From contig DAIRGA010000022.1 of the NCBI GenBank assembly GCA_036794825.1, positions 4,008-68,007 of the forward strand: DNA of 64,000 nt, in the 5' to 3' direction. The notes below the pieces were generated by a model that did not search any database, was not told the DNA's origin, and saw only the letters and a program-made list of their open reading frames with translations. A program made the position numbers and the translations under genes. Positions 56,581 through 64,000 of this stretch are shown here, piece by piece (position 1 is the first letter of the stretch; the number at the start of each line of letters is the position of its first letter). This DNA comes from Bacteroidales bacterium. Its GTDB lineage: Bacteria > Bacteroidota > Bacteroidia > Bacteroidales > 4484-276.

Positions 56581-57804
56581 TTATCTCTTTTTGGGATTAA
56601 ATTTTAAACTACCCTGATTAACAAGCGGATCGCCTACCTCGAAGTGCCCTTCTACCCACAAATTTCCCAATACAGCTCCCTCACTCACAAAATCATTGAT
56701 CCCACTCATAGCTGCCGCACATTTTGCGTTTGTATAACCCTTCTCATCCCTGTATAAAACCCAAAGTTCATCAGGCTTCAATCCATTTACAAAAAAAGGA
56801 GAGTGCGTTGTAACCATGAGTTGTGAAGTCTCTGCTGATGCTCTGCATTCTTCTGATAATTCAGGCAATAAACGTGGGTGAAGTTGATTTTCCGGTTCTT
56901 CAATTCCTATTAATTGGGGTGGCTCAGGATCATACAAAACAGTGAGGTAAGCCAACAATTTTAAGGTTCCATCTGAAGCAAATTTTGACAAGACCGGACG
57001 CTCAAATGGAGCATCCTTTAATTGCAACAGCAGTCTTCCATCCTGCATAAGCTCTGTTTCAACTCTTTCGAGACGGGGTACTCTTTCGGCAAGAATCCTC
57101 AGGATTTTCCCCAAACGTTCAGGATGTTGTTCTTTAAGGAATTGGATCACATTCGGAAGGTTATCGCCCGTTGCGGAAAGACGTTCCTGCGGGCCGGCTT
57201 CAGTGATTCCACGTGTTTGATCGGCGGTGAGGTACGACAAGTACCAGCCTGTAATAAATCTACGAAGCGCAATCACCCTCGGATGCTTTGATAGTTGCCC
57301 AAGCGTGTTTACTGCCAACATCTCGGAACTGTCAAGCGATTCCTCTATTCTTTGGTCTGAAATATCGGGAGATTCCCCCGTGATTACTCTTCCGACACCT
57401 TTTGCAAAGTCCAGAAATGCGAAAGGTCTCCCTGCCGGGCTTCTTTTCCACAATAATCTTTCGCTTGCTACAAATGGCCCTTTGTTGTTTTCATCAATCT
57501 TAAGCTCATAGGTAATAAGCGGTGATTTTGGGGTTTCCCTGTATTTTATCTCAAACTCAATGGGGCCGGTGCATCCGCGTGTGCGCAATTCTTTAAAACG
57601 GCCCCGCTTATCCCATGCTTTACGCAAGCCTACGGAGAAGCACTCGCTTAGGAATGCGAAAACATCAAACACCGTTGATTTTCCACTGCCGTTCGGTCCT
57701 AAAAAAACCGTAAGCGGCTTGATATTTTTAAGTTCAAGGTTTTGAAGCGCCCTGTAATTCTGGACGCGCAAATACTCAATTCTGGGAACAGCTTTTTCTC
57801 TCAT
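56581..57804 (-). CDS. ABC/SMC-type AAA ATPase (AAA_21/AAA_15-like) of OLD/AriA/RloA-like defence ATPases
   Basis: 407 aa. Walker [12 protein letters not shown], signature-like [11 protein letters not shown], Walker [16 protein letters not shown]-loop VTTHSP. No fused nuclease domain. Confidence 0.8.
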   Translation of the reverse strand: MREKAVPRIEYLRVQNYRALQNLELKNIKPLTVFLGPNGSGKSTVFDVFAFLSECFSVGLRKAWDKRGRFKELRTRGCTGPIEFEIKYRETPKSPLITYELKIDENNKGPFVASERLLWKRSPAGRPFAFLDFAKGVGRVITGESPDISDQRIEESLDSSEMLAVNTLGQLSKHPRVIALRRFITGWYLSYLTADQTRGITEAGPQERLSATGDNLPNVIQFLKEQHPERLGKILRILAERVPRLERVETELMQDGRLLLQLKDAPFERPVLSKFASDGTLKLLAYLTVLYDPEPPQLIGIEEPENQLHPRLLPELSEECRASAETSQLMVTTHSPFFVNGLKPDELWVLYRDEKGYTNAKCAAAMSGINDFVSEGAVLGNLWVEGHFEVGDPLVNQGSLKFNPKKR

Positions 57805-57832
57805 GTCAAAATCATTTGTTTACAAAAGTACA

Positions 57833-58972
57833 TTAACTATTCATTTCCACCCTCACCTCCCCACTCATCAACTTCGGCAACAAGTTATCACGCAATGATG
57901 TGAGGGTGCGGATTTGGGTTTGGTTGGATTTGATTTTTTTCAAAGTTGCCTCACACCAATCAATGGTATTATTTAATATTTTTTCTGATGGCACGCTGAT
58001 TTTCAAATCTTTTATTTGGTCAAAAGTTATCTGAGGAAAAGTACCACTTCTTGACTCAGCTATCATTTGCAACCAATCTACTGTAGATGAATTTGTTAAA
58101 TAGAAATATACGAACGCTTGGCTAACTACTTTTTTTGACCTTAATACCATTAGTTTTGTTGACACTACATAATTATCAGCATCAAACTCAATATAAGCCC
58201 ATCTTCCATTTGCTGGTCTAATTTCACTAAATAAAATGTCGTCTTTTTGAATGGATTTCTTTGCTTGACCAGGTAATCCCTTTACATCCGAAGGATTGTG
58301 CTCAAGAACATTTCCTAAGTAAATATCAGAAGTATTTAAAAATACTATTGTTGGATAGGGAAACTTGTGGGTAATAGAAACGGTTTCTATCAAGTCTCCT
58401 AAATTAAGTTGATATTCCCACTCCTCCTTCGCTTCCTCCACAAACCACTGCCTAAACAGGGTTTCGGCCATTTTTTCCAAGGTGGCGTTTTGGCGGTGCA
58501 GCAGGTCTATTTTGTCGTCTAAACTGCTGAGGACGGAGGCAATAGCGGTTTGTTCTTTTTCATTAGAAGGAAGAAAAAAGGGAATAGATGTCAGTGCTGC
58601 TTTATTTAACTTTGGCTGAACAGCACCCGTTAAAAATGGATTCAAATCAAGATTTTGCATATAATAAACTATCAATTTATTATGAAAATCTTTCTTCCCT
58701 TTAACAATATGAGCATGATTGTTTACCCAAAATTGACCACTTGCAACGAAGGCAATTGGTGTATTTCTGGATTTTAAATTCTCTCCATCTTCCGAGATTA
58801 ATACATGATCTCCATCAAAAATATAATCGTTTACATAATCAATAATGCCTGAGGCACCATAATATGGAAAGTCACCCTTTTTCTTTGCTCTCTCCATTGA
58901 GCTGAGAGGAATTCTTCTGTGATTAAGAATTTCCGCAAAATCTTCGATTGAATATTCCTTCCACTCACTCAT
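57833..58972 (-). CDS. hsdS: Type I restriction enzyme specificity subunit (HsdS)
   Basis: 379 aa. Two target-recognition halves separated by conserved helices ([40 protein letters not shown] and C-terminal [22 protein letters not shown]). Confidence 0.9.
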   Translation of the reverse strand: MSEWKEYSIEDFAEILNHRRIPLSSMERAKKKGDFPYYGASGIIDYVNDYIFDGDHVLISEDGENLKSRNTPIAFVASGQFWVNNHAHIVKGKKDFHNKLIVYYMQNLDLNPFLTGAVQPKLNKAALTSIPFFLPSNEKEQTAIASVLSSLDDKIDLLHRQNATLEKMAETLFRQWFVEEAKEEWEYQLNLGDLIETVSITHKFPYPTIVFLNTSDIYLGNVLEHNPSDVKGLPGQAKKSIQKDDILFSEIRPANGRWAYIEFDADNYVVSTKLMVLRSKKVVSQAFVYFYLTNSSTVDWLQMIAESRSGTFPQITFDQIKDLKISVPSEKILNNTIDWCEATLKKIKSNQTQIRTLTSLRDNLLPKLMSGEVRVEMNS

Positions 58973-59107
58973 TAACTTTAATCTTTAAAAGGTTAGCGGA
59001 AATGACTTCATTGAGTTGGGCTTCTTCTTTCAATTGTGCTTCCAACTCTGCTTTTAAACTGGCAAAGCGTTCCGCAAAATTGAAGTCGTCTTCTTCATCG
59101 AGTAAAA
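58965..59107 (-). pseudogene. hsdM: Out-of-frame C-terminal tail of hsdM (44 codons) created by a +1 frameshift in a T4 (A4 on + strand) run
   Basis: In the -1-shifted frame the sequence reads (G)[46 protein letters not shown], the normal acidic/coiled-coil HsdM tail. Its stop (58967-58965) overlaps the hsdS ATG (58972-58970) in the usual coupled arrangement. Deleting one A from aaaa at 59104-59107 restores a 525-aa HsdM. Confidence 0.75.
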
Positions 59108-60543
59108 CCTACATATCTACCCGGTGTAAGCACATAGTCCAATTCTTTTACTTTGCTAAGAGGGGCAGAAGCACAAAAGCCCGCAACGTCTTCATACTTG
59201 CCATCAAGGTTTCTCCAATTGTGGTAAGTGCTGGTAATTTTATCAATGTCTTCCTGAGAAAGTTCACGGGTTCTGCGGTTTATCAAATGCCCTAAGTTTC
59301 GGGCATCAATAAATAATATTTCGTTGCTGCGGTCTCTATGACCACCCCGCCCTGCGGGCACCCCTCCAGTGGAGGGGAATTGGGAGCCCTTGCGGTTACG
59401 GCTCATAAACCATAAGGCAGCAGGAATTTGTGTATTTAAAAACAACTTGGCAGGCAGGTTTACAATGCAATCAATCAAGCCATTTTCAACCAAAGCTTTT
59501 CTTATGTCGCCTTCGCCTGAGGTTTTAGAAGTCAATGCACCTTTTGCCAATACCACACCTGCTTGTCCGCTAGGTGCTAAATGGTAAATGAAATGTTGCA
59601 TCCAGGCAAAGTTGGCGTTGCCTGTTGGTGGAGTTCCGTATTGCCAACGACCATCGGTTCGCATTAAGTCACCGCCCCAATCACTCACATTGAACGGTGG
59701 ATTGGCAATGATGTAATCGGCTTTCAGGTCTTTGTGTGCATCGTTTAAAAAAGAACCTTCGTTGTTCCATTTCACTTGTGAGCTGTCAATACCACGAATA
59801 GCCAGGTTCATTTTAGCCAATCGCCAGGTGGTTTGGTTGCTCTCTTGTCCGTAAATGGAAATGTCGTTTACTTTTCCCTGGTGTTCGGTTACAAATTTTT
59901 CGGAGTGAACAAACATACCACCCGAACCGCAACAAGGGTCAAATACCCGTCCTTTATATGGCTCCAGCATTTCAACCAATAATTCCACAACGCTTCTTGG
60001 CGTATAGAACTGTCCGCCTTTCTTGCCTTCTGCAAGGGCAAACTCACCCAGGAAATATTCAAAAACGTGTCCGAGCACATCGGCACTTCTTGCTTTGGCA
60101 TCGCCTAAGGCAATGTTTCCAACCAGGTCAATGAGTTCACCCAAACTGGTCGGGTCCAGATTTTGTCGGGCAAATACTTTGGGTAGAACACCTTTTAGGG
60201 AATTGTTTTCTACTTCAATAGCATCCATTGCGGCATCAACTGTGATGCCTATTGTAGGTTGTTTTGCATGTGATTGCAGAAACTTCCAGCGGGCAGATGG
60301 CGGAACAAAGAATACATTTTCAGCTTTGTATTCGTCTTTGTCTTCGGGGTCAGCTCCGTTTTCTTCGTCTGCTTTTAGTCTTGCATACAATTCTTCAAAA
60401 GCATCAGAGATGTATTTCAGGAAGATTAACCCCAAAACAATATGCTTGTATTCGGCAGCATCTATGTTCTTGCGGAGTTTGTCCGCAGCTTTCCAGAGTT
60501 GTTTTTCTAAAGGTTCTTCTGTTGTTGCTTTTTGTTTAGCCAT
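59095..60543 (-). CDS. hsdM: Type I restriction enzyme methyltransferase subunit (HsdM), C-terminally truncated by frameshift and carrying a 47-nt in-frame repeat insertion
   Basis: 482 aa. N-terminal HsdM_N (LWKAADKLR...[13 protein letters not shown]), AdoMet motif [11 protein letters not shown], catalytic IIANPPFN. Ends abruptly at PGRYVGFTR*. Confidence 0.9.
   Translation of the reverse strand: MAKQKATTEEPLEKQLWKAADKLRKNIDAAEYKHIVLGLIFLKYISDAFEELYARLKADEENGADPEDKDEYKAENVFFVPPSARWKFLQSHAKQPTIGITVDAAMDAIEVENNSLKGVLPKVFARQNLDPTSLGELIDLVGNIALGDAKARSADVLGHVFEYFLGEFALAEGKKGGQFYTPRSVVELLVEMLEPYKGRVFDPCCGSGGMFVHSEKFVTEHQGKVNDISIYGQESNQTTWRLAKMNLAIRGIDSSQVKWNNEGSFLNDAHKDLKADYIIANPPFNVSDWGGDLMRTDGRWQYGTPPTGNANFAWMQHFIYHLAPSGQAGVVLAKGALTSKTSGEGDIRKALVENGLIDCIVNLPAKLFLNTQIPAALWFMSRNRKGSQFPSTGGVPAGRGGHRDRSNEILFIDARNLGHLINRRTRELSQEDIDKITSTYHNWRNLDGKYEDVAGFCASAPLSKVKELDYVLTPGRYVGFTR
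59334..59380 (-). repeat. Solo copy of the double-hairpin element that flanks the DUF559 cassette, translated in frame within hsdM (…[14 protein letters not shown]…)
   Basis: The reverse complement, attcccctccactggaggggtgcccgcagggcggggtggtcatagag, matches the 54599-54645 repeat at 43 of 47 positions. Hairpins are CCCCTCC-ac-TGGAGGGG and GCCC-gca-GGGC. Confidence 0.8.
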
Positions 60544-60964
60544 TATGTTCTATTAAATTTTAATTCGTTTTTAGTCTGCTAATTTATGTTTTTAATGCCC
60601 ATTAATGTCATTTGGTGCGGTGGCAAGAAATGGCTTCCCGAAAAATCGGGACAGGCTTTTTGGTTTTGCGAAGGGTCGGCTTGTGTGTCGGGCAAAACCA
60701 AATGTGCCATTTGCGGGCTGGCATAGAATTTACTCACAGAACTTTTGTTTTCAATGGTGTTCGTGAATACTTCGTATTTCAAAATATTTTGTGCGGTGGG
60801 GAAAAAAATAAAACACAGAAGGGTAGGCAATGAGTGTCGGTTTACTCGTGGTCCGTTTGATGTATCGTTTTTATGTCTGTGTTCACCTGTCAAAATGGTT
60901 TACTTTTTCTCGTTTAAGTTCTTGTCTGTTTGCTGTGTTGTGTCGTCCTACGCTTGCTGGTAAC

Positions 60965-61033
60965 ATAGTCATCGTTGGAGCTGTCAACCCAGTATTTGAT
61001 TAATTTTTCCTTCTGAAATATTTTACTATCCAT
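60965..61033 (-). pseudogene. Orphan 5' fragment (23 codons) of the HEPN gene, separated from its body by the 9.1-kb island
   Basis: The ATG at 61033 gives MDSKIFQKEKLIKYWVDSSNDDY, the usual HEPN helix-1 start (..YW...S..DY.T..(M/L)F..KRY). It then reads into unrelated sequence and stops at 60914. Joined to 51869-51519 it gives ...WVDSSNDDY-DTMMDMFNSKRYSWALFIGH..., about 139 aa. Confidence 0.6.
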
Positions 61034-61136
61034 TTGCACAAAAATAAGAAAAGTAATAAACATGGATTAATCATTCTGGTGCAAGTTGATTAGAAGCCAG
61101 GATGTTATCCTGCAAAAAAATCTTATAGCCAACTTT

Positions 61137-62777
61137 TTATAATTTCGATGCCCTGTAACGACTAATTAAACTATTTGTTGAGGTATCGTGATTTAGCGCA
61201 GGTTCCACTTCACTTTCAAGCTCAGGCATAATGCGCTGGGCAAGCACTTTTCCGAGTTCCACGCCCCATTGGTCAAATGACCCGACATTCCATACAGCGC
61301 CCTGGGTGAATACAATATGTTCGTAGAGTGCGACAAGTTTTCCCAATACTTCCGGAGTCAGTCGCTGAGCAAGAATGGTGTTGGATGGCCGGTTGCCTTC
61401 AAAAACCTTATGCGGCGCCAGCCAATCGGGTACGCCCTCAGCTTTGACCTGTTCAATCGTTTTGCCAAAAGCAAGCGCTTCGGCCTGGGCAAACATGTTG
61501 GCCATCAGAATGTCATGGTGATTACCCAATGGATGTTGCGGCTCAATAAAAGCTATAAAATCACAGGGAATCAGTCGCGTACCCTGGTGAATGAGCTGGT
61601 AAAAAGAGTGTTGTCCGTTGGTGCCGGGCTCGCCCCAGTAAATCGGGCTGGTTTGGTAGTCAACCTCTTTACCATCCAGCGTTACCCGCTTTCCGTTGCT
61701 TTCCATCGTTAGCTGCTGCAGGTAAGCCGGAAAACGTTTCAGGTATTGCTCATAAGGTAAAACGGCAATGGTTTCGGCGCCCAGAAAATTGACATTCCAG
61801 ATCGAAAGCAAAGCCATAAGCACCGGCAGATTTTGTTTAAATGGCGCACTGCGGAAATGTTCATCCATCAGGTGGAAACCCCTGAGCATAGCCCTAAAAT
61901 TATCCGGTCCGATAGCGATCATGGTCGAAAGCCCGATGGCTGAATCCATCGAGTAGCGGCCGCCAACCCAATCCCAGAATCCGAACATATTTCCGGTGTC
62001 AATTCCGAATTTGGCTACTGCAGAAGCATTGGTGGAAACGGCAACAAAATGGCTGGCAATGGCAGTTTCATTTCCGCCCGTTTTACTGAGAAACCATTGC
62101 CGTGCAGTGTGTGCATTGGTCATGGTTTCGAGGGTGGTGAATGTTTTTGAGGATATGATGAAAAGGGTTTCGGATGCGTCGAGATCAATCACCGCTTCGG
62201 CAAAATCGGTTCCATCAACATTTGACAAATACCGGAAAGTCATCGAGCGGTCGCTGTAATGCTTCAGCGCTTCGTAAGCCATTACTGGTCCAAGGTCAGA
62301 ACCTCCGATACCAATGTTGACTATATTTTTTATCCGCCGACCGGTATAACCCTTCCACGCTCCTGAACGCACCTTGTCTGCAAACAGAGTCATTTTTTCT
62401 AAAACATTATGTACTCCGGGTACTACATTTTGGCCATCAACCATAACGACAGCATCTTTGGGCGCACGCAAAGCCACGTGCAAAACAGCACGGTTCTCGG
62501 TAAGGTTGATCCTTTCTCCGCTGAACATGGCATCAATTTTTTCGCGAAGCCCTGTATCTTCAGCCAGTTTTAACAATAAAGCAAGGGTTTCATCAGTAAT
62601 CCGGTTTTTGGAATAATCAAGAAAAAGGCCTTCTGCTTCAAGAGACATTTTTCCAGCGCGGTGATCATTTCCCTGAAAAAGTTCGCGGAGATGGGGGATT
62701 CCATTGTTCAGATGATTCTTAAGTGCCTTCCACGCAGGCTGGTTGGTAAGTTCCTGTATTTTTTGTGTCATATTCAT
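61137..62777 (-). CDS. pgi: Glucose-6-phosphate isomerase
   Basis: Motifs [35 protein letters not shown] and [18 protein letters not shown]. The track ORF extends to 62822; the Met at 62777 ([11 protein letters not shown]) or 62771 is the more plausible start. Confidence 0.95.
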   Translation of the reverse strand: MNMTQKIQELTNQPAWKALKNHLNNGIPHLRELFQGNDHRAGKMSLEAEGLFLDYSKNRITDETLALLLKLAEDTGLREKIDAMFSGERINLTENRAVLHVALRAPKDAVVMVDGQNVVPGVHNVLEKMTLFADKVRSGAWKGYTGRRIKNIVNIGIGGSDLGPVMAYEALKHYSDRSMTFRYLSNVDGTDFAEAVIDLDASETLFIISSKTFTTLETMTNAHTARQWFLSKTGGNETAIASHFVAVSTNASAVAKFGIDTGNMFGFWDWVGGRYSMDSAIGLSTMIAIGPDNFRAMLRGFHLMDEHFRSAPFKQNLPVLMALLSIWNVNFLGAETIAVLPYEQYLKRFPAYLQQLTMESNGKRVTLDGKEVDYQTSPIYWGEPGTNGQHSFYQLIHQGTRLIPCDFIAFIEPQHPLGNHHDILMANMFAQAEALAFGKTIEQVKAEGVPDWLAPHKVFEGNRPSNTILAQRLTPEVLGKLVALYEHIVFTQGAVWNVGSFDQWGVELGKVLAQRIMPELESEVEPALNHDTSTNSLISRYRASKL

Positions 62778-62875
62778 CACTCTAAATATTTGATAAATAA
62801 AATTTCTTTTTGATAAATGCAATCAACATGGTTTGTTGATGGAAAACAAATACGTTTTCAGGGCTGCAAAAATTA

Positions 62876-63961
62876 TTATCCTTCAGCCGCTTCCTGTGTA
62901 TCATCATTAGATTCAATCCATGAAATAAACAGCATGTATCCCAGCGACAAAACGATGGCGCCGGTAAAAAGCCCGATGAAGCCGCTGAAAATAAAGCCGC
63001 CGATCACACCGATAAAAATGACCAGCATCGGCACAGGGGCGCCTTTTGCCAGTAAAACCGGCCTTAGAATATTGTCAGATAACCCAATCAGAACAAGCAC
63101 AATTGTCCATATAATCGCTGCAAACACCGATTTGGTGACAAATATAAAAATGATGACGGGCAGGGTGATGATGAACAACGGGATTTGCAACACGGCAAGG
63201 ATAAAGACAAAAAATGTCCATACGGCAGCATACGGGACGCCGGCCACGGTGAAGGCAATGCCGTGTAGAAGAGCTAAAATCAGCGCTACACCCAGGATGC
63301 CTTTTACAACATTTCCAACGGTTTTTAAGGTTACGGCTGCGAATTCATCTCCCCGGTCGCCGGCCAGTTTCCTGAAAAACCTTTTTACAGGTTCATTTAC
63401 CCGCTCAAAAACCAGGATAATACAGGCAATTACAAAGGCAACAACCAACTGCACCACGCTTCCGGCTGCATTGAAAATCCCTTTGGCCACTTTTCCCGCA
63501 AGCGTTGTCAACTGATCCTGGTACTTGATCACAAGATTAGCAATATTGACCGACGCAGTTTTCCATAATCCATACAGCTGCTCTCCGATTATCGGCCAGG
63601 ATTTTACATCTTCTGAAGGAGGGGGGATTCTCAGCAATCCGCTGTCATACGCTGCTTTTAGTTCCTTTACTTCATGAATCAGCGAATCAATCAGCAACCA
63701 GATGGGGAGTATGATTACGATCAGCGCTGCTAAAATGATAATGGCCGAAGCCAGCTTAGGTTTACCACCCAGTTTTTTCGAAATTCCGTTATGAAGCGGA
63801 TAAAAAGCCATTGATAAAATTATACTCCATAAAATGATATTGGCAAACGGTAACATAATCATCAGGCACCATGTGATAATTAGCAAAAGCACCAAAAGGC
63901 GGATCGTTGTGTCATAAACCGAGGGTTGACTAAGTTGAGTTTTCATTGCAGATGTAATCAA
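62876..63961 (-). CDS. AI-2E family (PerM/UPF0118) transporter
   Basis: 361 aa with about 8 TM segments. The central and C-terminal pattern (...GVPYAAVWTFFVFILAVLQIP..., LLAKGAPVPMLVIFIGVIGG) is typical of AI-2E family permeases. Confidence 0.7.
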   Translation of the reverse strand: MITSAMKTQLSQPSVYDTTIRLLVLLLIITWCLMIMLPFANIILWSIILSMAFYPLHNGISKKLGGKPKLASAIIILAALIVIILPIWLLIDSLIHEVKELKAAYDSGLLRIPPPSEDVKSWPIIGEQLYGLWKTASVNIANLVIKYQDQLTTLAGKVAKGIFNAAGSVVQLVVAFVIACIILVFERVNEPVKRFFRKLAGDRGDEFAAVTLKTVGNVVKGILGVALILALLHGIAFTVAGVPYAAVWTFFVFILAVLQIPLFIITLPVIIFIFVTKSVFAAIIWTIVLVLIGLSDNILRPVLLAKGAPVPMLVIFIGVIGGFIFSGFIGLFTGAIVLSLGYMLFISWIESNDDTQEAAEG

Positions 63962-64000
63962 ATTTTGTACTGAAGATTTGTTTGCAATATTACAGATTTT

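Larger units (their letters stand above)
51870..60964 (-). mobile_element. ~9.1-kb inserted genomic island (type I R-M operon with nested ATPase/DUF4276 pair) interrupting the HEPN gene; no recombinase gene present
   Basis: The HEPN reading frame is split between 61033-60965 (codons 1-23) and 51869-51519. Everything between is one co-oriented operon plus about 380-bp and 420-bp non-coding ends, which carry short inverted-repeat motifs. Exact boundaries are uncertain by a few nt. Confidence 0.6.

Noticed and set aside
52135-60684. Possible direct repeats bracketing the hsd operon: GGTGGCAA…TTTGGTTTT.GCG…GGCTTGT at 52135-52211 and 60619-60684
   Set aside because: Only 7-9-mer blocks match, and the spacing differs (47 vs 32 nt). 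The match could be chance. It needs a proper alignment before it means anything.
60579-60963. ORFs 60579-60893 (-) and 60745-60963 (+) in the region upstream of hsdM
   Set aside because: Their translations look non-proteinaceous (Cys/His/Pro-rich, no motifs). The region is better explained as the non-coding end of the island. It contains several hairpins, for example GGTTTTGC…GCAAAACC at 60662-60699 and CCCGAaaaaTCGGG at 60637-60650. Without covariation data I cannot call an ncRNA.
1-64000. Search for tRNA, rRNA, tmRNA, integrase or transposase genes that could explain island mobility
   Set aside because: No cloverleaf-compatible sequence, rRNA-like segment or recombinase-like ORF was recognised anywhere in the window. 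Absence by eye is not proof; tRNAscan/Infernal should be run.

Overview
The window looks like a Bacteroidota chromosome segment. Supporting signs are TAnnTTTG-type promoter boxes, a T9SS C-terminal sorting-domain remnant, many lipoproteins and outer-membrane beta-barrels, and the purH-mreB-mreC-mreD gene order. All calls come from reading the supplied translations and my own hand translation; no database or HMM search was possible.

Layout:
- 1-6392: the 5' part of a giant (>2,130 codon) minus-strand surface-protein gene. It is missing from the ORF track because it runs off the window edge.
- 6.6-31 kb: housekeeping and envelope genes. These include thioredoxin-like proteins, purH-mreBCD, recJ, rfbC, a GH2 beta-mannosidase, and several hydrolases and lipoproteins.
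- 32.6-41.7 kb: a TetR-associated RND efflux operon. Its TolC-like component carries an unusual N-terminal periplasmic-binding-protein-like domain.
- 41.9-51.2 kb: outer-membrane and lipoprotein genes, a short CDF transporter, and a LytS/LytTR two-component system.
- 51.2-61.0 kb: a defence island, the most interesting region.
- 61.1-64.0 kb: pgi and an AI-2E-family transporter.

Main result: an approx. 9.1-kb block (51870-60964) appears to be inserted into a HEPN gene of a HEPN/MNT toxin-antitoxin pair. The first 23 HEPN codons lie at 61033-60965 and the rest at 51869-51519. The block is one tightly coupled minus-strand operon, hsdM-hsdS-[ABC-type ATPase]-[DUF4276/Toprim-like]-hsdR. The ATPase/DUF4276 pair nested in the type I R-M operon is my best candidate for an uncharacterised defence or guard module.

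The hsd genes themselves are remodelled:
- hsdR carries an in-frame, roughly 530-bp DUF559 (Vsr-like endonuclease) cassette flanked by about 50-bp double-hairpin inverted repeats.
- hsdM carries a solo in-frame copy of the same 47-nt hairpin element.
- hsdM also has a +1 frameshift in an A4/T4 run that cuts off its last 44 or so codons, which still overlap the hsdS start.

No rRNA, tRNA, CRISPR array, transposase or integrase gene was recognised.
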